A program made the position numbers and the translations under genes. Below the pieces are notes generated by a model. The model searched no databases. It was given only the letters and a program-made list of their open reading frames with translations, and was not told the origin of the DNA. From an uncultured Mycoplasmatota bacterium (lineage in GTDB: Bacteria > Bacillota_I > Bacilli_A > RF39 > UBA660), in contig CAMKMS010000001.1 of assembly GCA_946413985.1 (NCBI GenBank), forward strand, positions 76,317 to 140,316: a DNA stretch of 64,000 nucleotides, given 5' to 3'. Positions 18,259 to 27,257 of this stretch are shown here, one piece after another; positions within the stretch are counted from its first letter, which is position 1; each line of letters opens with the position of its first letter.

Positions 18259-19542
18259 ATGAAGGGAAACAATAAAATGTTACTTGATGTTAATGACAAA
18301 CCACCTGTACTAAAATGGATACTACTTTCATTACAACATGTATTCGCAATGTTTGGAGCAACTATTTTAGTACCAATTCTAGTAAATAGTACAGCAGGAA
18401 GTAATGTATTATCAATACCAGTTGCATTGGTATCAAGTGGTATTGGTACATTGATTTATATCGTATGTACTAGAGGAAAAAGTCCAGTTTATCTTGGAAG
18501 TTCATTTGCATTTATAACACCAATGGTTGTAGGATTTACTCTAGCTGGAAAATCAGGAGTATTTAGTGGAATTATGGCAGTAGGACTTGTTTATGTTCTA
18601 GTTGCTTTAATTATCAAACTTGTTGGAAAATCATGGATTAATAGGTTACTTCCACCAATTGTAGTTGGACCTATGATTATGATAATTGGTTTATCACTTG
18701 CACCAACAGCAGTAAGTGAAATAGGATTAAATGAAGCTGTTATTCCATGGAAAAATGTAGTAGTTGCATTAGTAGCATTCTTAACAACAGCAATTATTGC
18801 TATAAGGGGAAAAGGATTTTTTAAAGTAATTCCATTCTTAATAGGAATGGTTGCTGGTTATATTGCATCTATGATACTTGGTGTAGTTGATTACAGTTCA
18901 ATAACTTCTGCTAAGTTTATTAGCATACCAGAGTTTTATATTCCATTCTTACATTATAAGTTAAATGCAGGAGCATTATTAACAATTGTTCCAATTGCTC
19001 TTGTAACATTAGCAGAACATATTGGTGATCATAAAGTATTAGGATCAATAATTAATAAAGATTTAATAGAAGATCCAGGACTTGATAGAACTCTTATGGG
19101 AGATGGACTTGCAACATTTGCAGCAGGATTTATTGGAGGTCCAGCGAATACAACTTATGGAGAGAATACTTCTGTAGTAGGTATGACAAAAGTTGCATCA
19201 GTTTGGGTAACAGGACTTGCAGCTGTAATTGCAATCATATTTGGTTTCTTAGGAAAATTAACAGGAGTTATCTCATCAATACCAACACCAGTACTTGGTG
19301 GAGTAGCAGTTTTACTATATGGATTCATTTCAGTAAATGGTCTTAAAATATTAATTCAAAATCAAGTTGATTTTGGTAATACTAAAAATGTAGTTGTAGC
19401 TTCAACAATGCTTGTTTTAGGACTTGGTGGAGCAGCAATATCAATTATAACTAAAAATGTATCTGTATCAATTTCAGGTATGTCTTTAGCAGCAATAATT
19501 GGAATATTACTAAATTTATTAATACCAGAGGAGAAAAATTAA
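18259..19542 (+). CDS. uraA: Uracil permease (NCS2 family)
   Basis: 427 aa, about 12 TM segments, with an NCS2-like sequence (LQHVFAMFGATILVP, GENTSVVGMT). SD AAGGAGGA. Immediately followed by upp. Confidence 0.85.
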   Translation: MKGNNKMLLDVNDKPPVLKWILLSLQHVFAMFGATILVPILVNSTAGSNVLSIPVALVSSGIGTLIYIVCTRGKSPVYLGSSFAFITPMVVGFTLAGKSGVFSGIMAVGLVYVLVALIIKLVGKSWINRLLPPIVVGPMIMIIGLSLAPTAVSEIGLNEAVIPWKNVVVALVAFLTTAIIAIRGKGFFKVIPFLIGMVAGYIASMILGVVDYSSITSAKFISIPEFYIPFLHYKLNAGALLTIVPIALVTLAEHIGDHKVLGSIINKDLIEDPGLDRTLMGDGLATFAAGFIGGPANTTYGENTSVVGMTKVASVWVTGLAAVIAIIFGFLGKLTGVISSIPTPVLGGVAVLLYGFISVNGLKILIQNQVDFGNTKNVVVASTMLVLGLGGAAISIITKNVSVSISGMSLAAIIGILLNLLIPEEKN

Positions 19543-19543
19543 A

Positions 19544-20170
19544 ATGAAAGAAGTAGTATTAAGTCATCCACTTATTACTCATAAACTGGCTATTTTAAGA
19601 GACAAAAAAACAGGAACAAAAGAGTTTAGAGAAATAATAACAGAAATAGCAGTACTTTTATGTTATGAAGCAACAAAAGATGCTAAACTTAAAAAAGTTA
19701 CAATTGAAACACCACTTGAAAAATATAGTACTTATAAATTAAATGAAGATGATTATGCATTTGTACCAATTTTAAGAGCAGGTATGAGTATGGTAGATGG
19801 AATAATAACGGTTATCCCTAATGCGAAGATAGGTCATATAGGTTTATATAGAAATGAAGAAACACTTGAACCTGTTGAATACTATTATAAAATGCCGCTT
19901 AATATCAAAAAAAGAACTGTTATGATATTAGATCCTATGTTAGCAACTGGAGGAAGTGCACTTGCTACTATAAAAAAATTAAAACATGATGGAGTAAAGA
20001 AAATTAAATTCCTATGTGTAATCGCAGCTCCAGTTGGAATTAAAGCAATACAAGAAACATATCCAGATGTAGAAATATATTGTGCTAATGTGGATAGAAA
20101 ACTAAACGAAATAGGTTATATTCTTCCAGGACTTGGTGATGCTGGAGATAGAGTATATGGAACAAAGTAA
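19544..20170 (+). CDS. upp: Uracil phosphoribosyltransferase
   Basis: 208 aa. PRPP-binding motif VMILDPMLATGGSA and C-terminal YILPGLGDAGDR, typical of Upp. Confidence 0.9.
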   Translation: MKEVVLSHPLITHKLAILRDKKTGTKEFREIITEIAVLLCYEATKDAKLKKVTIETPLEKYSTYKLNEDDYAFVPILRAGMSMVDGIITVIPNAKIGHIGLYRNEETLEPVEYYYKMPLNIKKRTVMILDPMLATGGSALATIKKLKHDGVKKIKFLCVIAAPVGIKAIQETYPDVEIYCANVDRKLNEIGYILPGLGDAGDRVYGTK

Positions 20171-20197
20171 TACAAAATAGTATTACTTTTTATTTTT
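20166..20197 (+). terminator. Intrinsic terminator
   Basis: AGTAATAC-aaaata-GTATTACT followed by a T-rich tract. Confidence 0.6.
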
Positions 20198-20199
20198 TA

Positions 20200-20208
20200 T
20201 GATATAAT
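20200..20208 (+). promoter_or_regulatory. Extended -10 TGATATAAT placed 6 nt before the start codon (leaderless geometry)
   Basis: TGATATAAT-gattac-ATG(20215), with no SD. Confidence 0.45.
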
Positions 20209-20214
20209 GATTAC

Positions 20215-20853
20215 ATGATAAAGAAGATATTTAAAGAAAACTATCCATATTTAATAGTAATAGTATTTATAGTATTATTGTTTCATTTTGTAATAAATTC
20301 TAATATGTTTGATTCAATTATAGAATTAGATAATACTTTTTTTGAAGTAATAAATGACTTTAGGTCAGATTTTTTAGATAGTTTATTCAAAGTATTAACT
20401 TGTTTTGGTAATATTTATATACCTATTTTAATAATAATTGCTATGTTAGTATTTTATAAAAATAAAAGAATTGGTTTATTACAAGGTGGTTGTTATGCTA
20501 TTGCTGGCATTATCACTTATTTATCTAAAATATTCATTGCAAGACCAAGACCATTAGAAGCAATAATTAAAATGCCATCTAGTTATAGTTTTCCAAGTGG
20601 ACATACATTAACATCAATTGTATTTTATATAATACTTGCTTATTTATTAACTATAAAAAGTAAAAAAGAAGTAAGAAATTCTGTAATAATATTAGCTACT
20701 ATATTTGCATTATTAATATCATTTTCAAGACCATATTTAGGAGTTCATTATTTATCTGATATATTTGGTGGAATGATACTAAGTATTCCAGTACTATTAA
20801 TGTTAATAAATATAATAAATAAAAATTTCAGAAAAAAAATAAGTGGAAAATAA
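20215..20853 (+). CDS. PAP2-family lipid phosphatase (BcrC/undecaprenyl-diphosphatase-like)
   Basis: PAP2 motifs KIFIARPRP, PSGH and SRPYLGVHYLSD. Six hydrophobic segments. Confidence 0.75.
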   Translation: MIKKIFKENYPYLIVIVFIVLLFHFVINSNMFDSIIELDNTFFEVINDFRSDFLDSLFKVLTCFGNIYIPILIIIAMLVFYKNKRIGLLQGGCYAIAGIITYLSKIFIARPRPLEAIIKMPSSYSFPSGHTLTSIVFYIILAYLLTIKSKKEVRNSVIILATIFALLISFSRPYLGVHYLSDIFGGMILSIPVLLMLINIINKNFRKKISGK

Positions 20854-20865
20854 ACCACTTTTTTT
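20841..20865 (+). terminator. Intrinsic terminator
   Basis: AAGTGG-aaaataaa-CCACTT followed by T7. Confidence 0.5.
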
Positions 20866-20914
20866 CTATTTTATATTGAAAAATTAAATAATTATGTTAA
20901 AATATTATTACTGA

Positions 20915-20989
20915 TGCAGGTGTAGTACAACGGCTAGTACGTGGCCTTGCCAAGGCTGAGGCGAGGGTTCGACTCCCTTCACTTGCTCC
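20915..20989 (+). tRNA. tRNA-Gly (anticodon GCC)
   Basis: Acceptor GCAGGTG/CACTTGC (one G-U pair), anticodon loop uuGCCaa, T-loop GGTTCGACTCC, discriminator U, encoded CCA. A possible promoter is TTGAAA (20876) / TGtTAAAAT (20894). Confidence 0.9.
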
Positions 20990-21031
20990 ATTAGATAATT
21001 AAGTTTGGAGTAATCTGAACTTAATATATAT

Positions 21032-21058
21032 AACTTATGAGAAATCATAAGTTTTTTT
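21032..21058 (+). terminator. Intrinsic terminator after tRNA-Gly
   Basis: AACTTATGA-gaaa-TCATAAGTT followed by T6. Confidence 0.65.
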
Positions 21059-21061
21059 ATT

Positions 21062-21089
21062 AAAAAAGTTATAGTTTAAAACTATAACT
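21062..21089 (-). terminator. Intrinsic terminator of the minus-strand MBL gene
   Basis: AGTTATAGTT-taa-AACTATAACT, with a T-run on the minus strand. It overlaps the stop codon. Confidence 0.55.
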
Positions 21090-21720
21090 AAAATAATTTT
21101 TCTATTACATCTATATTTGTATCAAGTAAGTTATTTTTTAGTTCTTTTCCGAGTGAAGCATCTCCAATTATAGAACCATAGTGAATAGGTATTACAACTT
21201 TTGGACTAATTCTTTTAATTAATTTGGTTGCGTCATTTACATCCATTGTGAAGTGTCCACCAATTGGAATAAAAGCAATATCACATTTTACATTACTAGC
21301 TTCCTTTGTTGCATCTGTATCTCCAGCAATATAATATGTATTATCATTTATTGTTATTATATATCCAAGCCAATTATTTATTCTTGGATGAAATGGTTTT
21401 TCGTTATTATATGCAGGTATAGTTTTAATGATTACATTATCTATATTAATTTCATCAAATGGTTCTAAATATATGTAATCATTAAATTCTATTTTACTAA
21501 TTGTATCTTTCATAGATTTAGGAGCAACAACTATAGTTTTATTATTTTTAACTTTTTCAATTGATTCACTATCCATATGATCATAATGATCATGAGTAAT
21601 AAATATAATATCTGCATCATGTTTCTCATTTTCTATTTTAAATGGATCAAAATAGATTATTTTATCTAAACCTAACCTTATACTACTTTGTGTATTTACT
21701 TCAATATTATTTACATTCAT
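21088..21720 (-). CDS. MBL-fold metallo-hydrolase
   Basis: Motif IIFITHDHYDHMD (HxHxDH). Length 210 aa. SD AGGAGG. Confidence 0.75.
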   Translation of the reverse strand: MNVNNIEVNTQSSIRLGLDKIIYFDPFKIENEKHDADIIFITHDHYDHMDSESIEKVKNNKTIVVAPKSMKDTISKIEFNDYIYLEPFDEINIDNVIIKTIPAYNNEKPFHPRINNWLGYIITINDNTYYIAGDTDATKEASNVKCDIAFIPIGGHFTMDVNDATKLIKRISPKVVIPIHYGSIIGDASLGKELKNNLLDTNIDVIEKLF

Positions 21721-21749
21721 AATATCCTCCTAATAATATTATAGCATTT

Positions 21750-22739
21750 TTATTTTTTATTGTTTTGTTTTAATTTAAGCATATATTCTTTTGATAAGAA
21801 CTTTTCGCGTAGTTGATTTAATCTATCACTTGATAATACACCAGTTACTTCAAAAGTAATATTCTCATTAATTGGCAATGTCATATAATTAAAATTGCTA
21901 TAAAAATCATTTGCATCTCCAGTAATTACACCAAATTCTGAATCATTTTTTGTTAATATTATCATTTTATATGGCATATCATTATTTATATAATCAATAA
22001 TCATACCTGGATTCAATTCATTAAATCTATTATAACTACAATCACATTTTATTCTAGGTAAAATAAAATAGTGATTCATTAATTTTCTAATATCTTTTCT
22101 GCTTTTATTATTTTTTCCAAATTGTAGATCATTTAGTTTAGTACAATATTTAAAAGTATTATCATTTGGTAAAATGACAGTATTATCTACATCTGCATAA
22201 TACATTAATCCATCAGTAGAGCATTCTACAGTATTATTAATTGGATATTTATAAATAGGAACTAATACTAATTGTCTATATATCATTCCAACAACACTAT
22301 ATAATTGATTATCTCTTATAATCATGTCTGAACATGTTATTTTAACTGGTCTTGATTCAAAAAAATTAATTACTTCTTGTGGATAATTTGAAAATTGAAA
22401 ATTTGCTTGAATTTTTTTAATAATTTCATTTTCATCATTTAGATTAACTGGTTTAAAATATCCTCTGTAATATTCTTCTGGTATTATAAATACCTTTTCT
22501 AATTTTACTAGAGTTTTTTCTTCATATTCAGAATAACTTAAAATTGCTTGACCATTAGAATATCTATTCTTTTTACTATTAATATTTGAGGTACATGGAA
22601 ATCCATAAAATTCATCATTAATTTCAAAAATAAGATATGGTCTAATTCTATGATTTAATGGTATTTGTTCTAATTCATCTGTACTAAGTGGCATTAAAGC
22701 CCATACTAATGAAAAAATACTAGAATTATTAGTTTCCAT
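21750..22739 (-). CDS. Hypothetical protein; the N-terminal ~100 aa are weakly PemK/MazF-like
   Basis: Strong SD AAGGAGG. SLVWALMPLS..E.....IRPYLIFEIND resembles the MazF/PemK N-terminal strand pattern. The remaining ~220 aa are unrecognised. Confidence 0.4.
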   Translation of the reverse strand: METNNSSIFSLVWALMPLSTDELEQIPLNHRIRPYLIFEINDEFYGFPCTSNINSKKNRYSNGQAILSYSEYEEKTLVKLEKVFIIPEEYYRGYFKPVNLNDENEIIKKIQANFQFSNYPQEVINFFESRPVKITCSDMIIRDNQLYSVVGMIYRQLVLVPIYKYPINNTVECSTDGLMYYADVDNTVILPNDNTFKYCTKLNDLQFGKNNKSRKDIRKLMNHYFILPRIKCDCSYNRFNELNPGMIIDYINNDMPYKMIILTKNDSEFGVITGDANDFYSNFNYMTLPINENITFEVTGVLSSDRLNQLREKFLSKEYMLKLKQNNKK

Positions 22740-22780
22740 TATAAAAAACCTCCTTTAAAAACGGCTATATTATACCTAAA

Positions 22781-22814
22781 AAATGAAAAGAAATCAATTA
22801 AATTATTGATTTCT
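22781..22814 (-). terminator. Intrinsic terminator (minus strand)
   Basis: Perfect 10-bp stem AGAAATCAAT/ATTGATTTCT with a T-rich tail on the minus strand. It overlaps the stop of the 22813 gene. Confidence 0.6.
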
Positions 22815-23949
22815 ATTTTTTAAGTAGTTTTCTTTGATACATATTTTCAGGTGTTTCTCTTCTAACTATGCTTATGTTTTTTAATTGTATAGGATTTTTA
22901 CTCATCATTATACTTCCATGTCCTATTAAATTTATTAAGTAAAAGTCTTTATTAAAATCATTATCATAATAGTTTTGTATTAATTTTATAATTTCATCAA
23001 CTTCATTAACAGCACCACATGGTAGTGCATCCTCCGTAAATGGGGCATCTTCAATATAACAATGAGAATGTATCATATAATTAATATTTGGTAATAGATT
23101 ATATAATCTAATTTGTATTGGTGTATCAACTGATGGTTTATAATCACCACAATAATATATTTTTCCATCTTCAAAATATACTGGAACAAAATTTTCTATA
23201 CTAATATATTCTTTATTAACATTTCTTTTACTAACTAAAATATATTTTCCATCTCTAAAAGATGGGAATCCCTTTTGACATCTAAAAGATGCATTTCCTA
23301 AAAATCTTTTTATATCTTCAGTTTGGTATATTGATTTAGCAAATATAGTTGCATAATCTCTAACAATACTTAAAAATTCTTTATTAGCTTTTATACTTGG
23401 AGTTTCTTCTGAATTATATATAGTATTTAAAAAATAAGATAATTCTTTAATATTTTCATTTGATATTATAGTTGGTTCTCGAGTAATATTTTTTATAATA
23501 TTTAATCTATTTAATAATGCATGAGAACACTCTTTAATATCTGTTCCTTCATACCATACATTTCCAAGAGGATCAAATAATCGCATATTATATAATCCAT
23601 TATTTTTACTAAATTCTATTGATAAATTTGATTTTAAAGCTAGTGATCTTTGAATTAAATCTTGAAATGAATATTTATTATCAATATTCCTTTTCGAAGA
23701 GACAAGCATTGCTTTATAGTTTATTTCTTTGATGTTTCTAATTTTTGGTAATTCATTAGGAACATTAGCCCACCATATAATAATATTATAATTAGTACTA
23801 GATTCTATTATGCTTTTTAAATCATTATAGTTACCACCATTATAAACTGTAGCATTTGATAAATATTTTGAAAATTCATTTACCATTTTAGATTCTTTTC
23901 CTCCATTTAAATCCCAGTTCCCCCCAACAAATAGTATTTTGTTTTCCAT
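22813..23949 (-). CDS. Fusion protein: unknown N-terminal alpha/beta domain plus a C-terminal class II aldolase/adducin-like domain
   Basis: The C-terminal half aligns by eye to FucA-type class II aldolases: GNASFR, ILVSKR, KPSVD, YMIHSHC, LIGHGS (zinc His triad positions). I start at the ATG at 23949 after AAAGGAAG. Confidence 0.55.
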   Translation of the reverse strand: MENKILFVGGNWDLNGGKESKMVNEFSKYLSNATVYNGGNYNDLKSIIESSTNYNIIIWWANVPNELPKIRNIKEINYKAMLVSSKRNIDNKYSFQDLIQRSLALKSNLSIEFSKNNGLYNMRLFDPLGNVWYEGTDIKECSHALLNRLNIIKNITREPTIISNENIKELSYFLNTIYNSEETPSIKANKEFLSIVRDYATIFAKSIYQTEDIKRFLGNASFRCQKGFPSFRDGKYILVSKRNVNKEYISIENFVPVYFEDGKIYYCGDYKPSVDTPIQIRLYNLLPNINYMIHSHCYIEDAPFTEDALPCGAVNEVDEIIKLIQNYYDNDFNKDFYLINLIGHGSIMMSKNPIQLKNISIVRRETPENMYQRKLLKK

Positions 23950-24038
23950 ATCATAACTTCCTTTCACTAACATTTTATTATGATAACGTTGATAAGTAAA
24001 ATATATATATGTTATGATATATATAAGGAGTGCTTATA

Positions 24039-24908
24039 ATGAATGTAGATTTAGAATTATATAGAGTTTTTTATGTTGTTGCTAAAAATAAACACATGAC
24101 TAAAGCTAGTGAGGAATTACATATATCACAACCAGCTATTTCTCAATCCATTAAGAAATTAGAAAATGAGTTAGGTGGAACATTGTTTTTAAGAAGTAAT
24201 AAAGGAATGGAATTAACAGAAGAAGGAAAAATGTTCTATGAATATGTAGAAAGTGCTTTAGAATTAATTAATAATGCAGAAAATGAATTTACTTCATTCA
24301 AAGATTTGTCTAAAGGTGAAATCAAAATTGGTTGTTCTACAACTTTAACTAAATTAGTTTTACTAGATGCAATAAAAAGATTTCATATTGATTATCCTAA
24401 TATAATAATTAATATTACAAATGATTTAACTAGTAATTTAATAGAAGATTTAAAACTAGGAAAGTTGGATTTTGTAATATTTAATGAAAGTAATATTAAA
24501 GAGAATAATTTAAATCTTGAAAAAATAAGGGAATTAAAACAGGGATTTATTTATAATCCAGATTATTATAATGATAATGTAAAAACATTCAGTGATTTAA
24601 ATACTGTTCCTCTTATATTACAAAAAGAAGAATCAAATAGTAGAAAACTATTAGATTATTTATCACTTCAAAATAATGTCAGATTAATTCCTAAAATGGA
24701 AGTAGTAAGTCAAGATTTAATTATTGAATTTACTAATATTGGTTTAGGTGTTGGCTTTGCTATAATTGATTTAAAAGAAAGAAATTATAATAATTTAAAA
24801 GAGTTTAATATAAATAAAAGAATACCAAATATAAATGTATATTTGGCTACTAATAAAAAAGTAATTTTAACATTTGCTAGTAAAATGTTTGTTAAGTATT
24901 TAAAATAA
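24039..24908 (+). CDS. LysR-family transcriptional regulator
   Basis: N-terminal wHTH MTKASEELHISQPAISQSIKKLENELGGTLFLR plus a LysR substrate-binding region. ATG at 24039 after AAGGAG. Divergent from the aldolase-like gene. Confidence 0.85.
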   Translation: MNVDLELYRVFYVVAKNKHMTKASEELHISQPAISQSIKKLENELGGTLFLRSNKGMELTEEGKMFYEYVESALELINNAENEFTSFKDLSKGEIKIGCSTTLTKLVLLDAIKRFHIDYPNIIINITNDLTSNLIEDLKLGKLDFVIFNESNIKENNLNLEKIRELKQGFIYNPDYYNDNVKTFSDLNTVPLILQKEESNSRKLLDYLSLQNNVRLIPKMEVVSQDLIIEFTNIGLGVGFAIIDLKERNYNNLKEFNINKRIPNINVYLATNKKVILTFASKMFVKYLK

Positions 24909-24911
24909 TAA

Positions 24912-25710
24912 TATATTGTTTATGATAATAATGAGAATAAGACTAAAACGGATATATTTAAGCAATATGTTTACAAATCAATAGAATATGAAAAATGTAT
25001 AGATTCAAAAATATTAAAAGATGTATTTACTGGAAAGAATTCATCTAATCTTATTTTTGTCCAAAATCCTGAATTAAATATTGAATATGCTTTAGCTGAT
25101 AAAAATAAAAAAATGAGATCACAAAACAAAAAATATTACCATGTTATATTTAGGACCAAATGATTATTATCCTAGAGTGATTGTTCATGAGACAGGTCAC
25201 GCTTATGACAAGTTTTTAGGCGATGTTTTAACTGATTGGGATGCAAACTGGTATTCTTTAGATGTGTTAGATATGAATAGCATAGTATTAAAGGAAGTAC
25301 AGAATTTTGATGAAACACATTCAAGTGTTATTTATGGATTTAAAACAAAAGGAAAAGCAGATTATTATCTTAAGACATATTGCCTTAATGCTAGTGATTC
25401 TTCAATTGTTGAAGACGAGAATGGACTATGGAATATTATAGTTAGTTATAATAATCCAATAAATCCAATGGGTGCGACTTATGGAGGCCATATGCCTGGA
25501 TATATTACACATGACTATGCTCATGATTCACGCGAGTATTTTGCAGATGCTTTTCAATTATACTGGTTAGGCGATTATGATAGTACTGAAGAAGGTGGAA
25601 TATCAAGATTAGAATTCTTATGTCCAGAAACCTACAAAGAGTTATATAAAATAATAAGTGCAGATATTAATGGAGAATTAGATAAATATAGTTTGGTAGA
25701 AAGATATTAA
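24912..25710 (+). pseudogene. Disrupted HExxH zinc metallopeptidase (M34/ATLF-like), 5'-truncated and frameshifted
   Basis: An open frame at 24912-25163 has no start codon and shifts +1 into the frame of ORF 25141-25710. Deleting one A from the A6 run at 25128-25133 fuses them. The downstream part carries VIVHETGHAYD and a distal EYFADAF. Confidence 0.55.
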
Positions 25711-25790
25711 TAAAAAAGATGACTTCTAGTCATTTTTTTATGGATGAAAGTTTTTTATAAAAGTATTAGAAATAGATTAAGAATTGTTTT
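25711..25790. repeat. Diverged copy A of a terminator plus gene-tail segment (pairs with 27185-27257)
   Basis: It contains the hairpin ATGACT-tct-AGTCAT between A- and T-runs. On the minus strand there is a decayed tail ...NTFIKNFHP-stop, matching ...GNAFVKDFHP-stop of the 27215 gene. Confidence 0.6.
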
Positions 25791-25882
25791 ACATTTATAG
25801 ATATCAATATTTTTTTAAAACTTGATTTTATTTATATTAATATAATACAATTAATATGTAATTAAAAATAGGAGAATTGAAT

Positions 25883-27187
25883 ATGAAAAAAATATTTATG
25901 TTTGTTTTATTTGTATTAGTATTAATTCCTTTTAAAGTAAATGCTATTACATGTGGTAGAGAAATAAGAACCGATATTAGTAATTATGAAATAGGAATTT
26001 TTGTAAATAAGATAGATAGCGAAGATGGTAATGTATTAGATGGAGCTAATTTTATAATATCTACTTTAGATGGTAATTTTGTTTTTGAAACAAATCAAGA
26101 AAAAGGTAGTTTTCCACAAAGATCACGTGATAAATTATACAATATAATGGAAAATGATTCTTTAACAGAAGATGAATCTGATGGAAAGGCATATCATATA
26201 ACAGGAAATAAGACTTTATCAAATGATGAATTATATAATATATTACCTCAAAGCATAAAGAATTTATATGATTCAATAAATACAGTAGATGATTTTTATA
26301 ATATAATTGATGATGTTGAATACAAAATGGGATATAGTTTATGTAAATTATGGGTAGATGAAGAAGATATTGCACGTCACACTGTTTTAAACACATATGT
26401 TTATTTTCCAATTAAAATAGTTGAAACAAAGTCTCCTATCAATTATCAAAAAACAGAAGTTGTTTATGCTGCAATAGCCAATTTATATTTTAATTATAAA
26501 GAAAATGAAGATGTAATTGATAATAAACAAATTCAGATAACTATTACATCTTACAATTATTATAAATATGATAATTCAGTTAATTATATGGATTATGTTA
26601 CCGATTCAACTTCTTTATATGAATATTTAGAGAATAATGCTGAAAAATATGATGGTTTCATTCCTAATGAAAAAGGAACAATTGATCTAAAAATTGATAA
26701 TACAATAGAGAATAAATATATTTATGAAACAGGTACAAATAAAAGGTTTACTTATAAAATAATAATTGAAAATGAAGGTACTGCTTCATCTGGAAATGAT
26801 GAAATAAAAATAGTAGTTCCAAAAGAATTAGAAGTATATGAAGATTCAATAAGTGATGATGGAAAATTCAATTCTAAGAAAAATGAAATTATTTGGAAAT
26901 TAGATTATATTGATTCAAATGAAAAGAAAGAGTTATCTTTTGATATTAAGGCTCCTTCTAATTCAGCTGGTGAATATACATTAATTTCAAGCCTAAATAA
27001 TAATGAATCTAGTTTAAATGCACCAAAAATAACTTTAAAAGTTAAAGGAAAAACATCAAATGCAGATACAATAAAAAATCCAGATACTGGGGTTAGTGAT
27101 TATAGTTCTATAATGTTTATAGTAATTATATTAAGTGTTGGAATATATGGATTTTTAAAACAAAAAAAGGATTATTTAATTAAATAA
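25883..27187 (+). CDS. Cell-wall-anchored surface protein (Cna-B/prealbumin-like and DUF11-like repeat domains) with an NPDTG sorting signal
   Basis: Signal peptide, VNKIDSEDGNVLDGANFII (Cna-B-like), a DUF11-like segment, and C-terminal NPDTG plus hydrophobic stretch plus KQKK. ATG at 25883 after TAGGAGA. Confidence 0.7.
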   Translation: MKKIFMFVLFVLVLIPFKVNAITCGREIRTDISNYEIGIFVNKIDSEDGNVLDGANFIISTLDGNFVFETNQEKGSFPQRSRDKLYNIMENDSLTEDESDGKAYHITGNKTLSNDELYNILPQSIKNLYDSINTVDDFYNIIDDVEYKMGYSLCKLWVDEEDIARHTVLNTYVYFPIKIVETKSPINYQKTEVVYAAIANLYFNYKENEDVIDNKQIQITITSYNYYKYDNSVNYMDYVTDSTSLYEYLENNAEKYDGFIPNEKGTIDLKIDNTIENKYIYETGTNKRFTYKIIIENEGTASSGNDEIKIVVPKELEVYEDSISDDGKFNSKKNEIIWKLDYIDSNEKKELSFDIKAPSNSAGEYTLISSLNNNESSLNAPKITLKVKGKTSNADTIKNPDTGVSDYSSIMFIVIILSVGIYGFLKQKKDYLIK

Positions 27188-27257
27188 AAAAGATGACTTT
27201 TGGTCATCTTTTTATTATGGATGGAAATCTTTTACAAAAGCATTACCTAATTGTTTT
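27185..27257. repeat. Copy B of the terminator plus gene-tail segment (bidirectional terminator AGATGAC/GTCATCT and the intact 3' end of the 27215 gene)
   Basis: The two copies align over about 75 nt, for example TAAAAAAGATGACTT.., TGGATG.AAA, AAAAG, AATTGTTTT. Confidence 0.6.
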
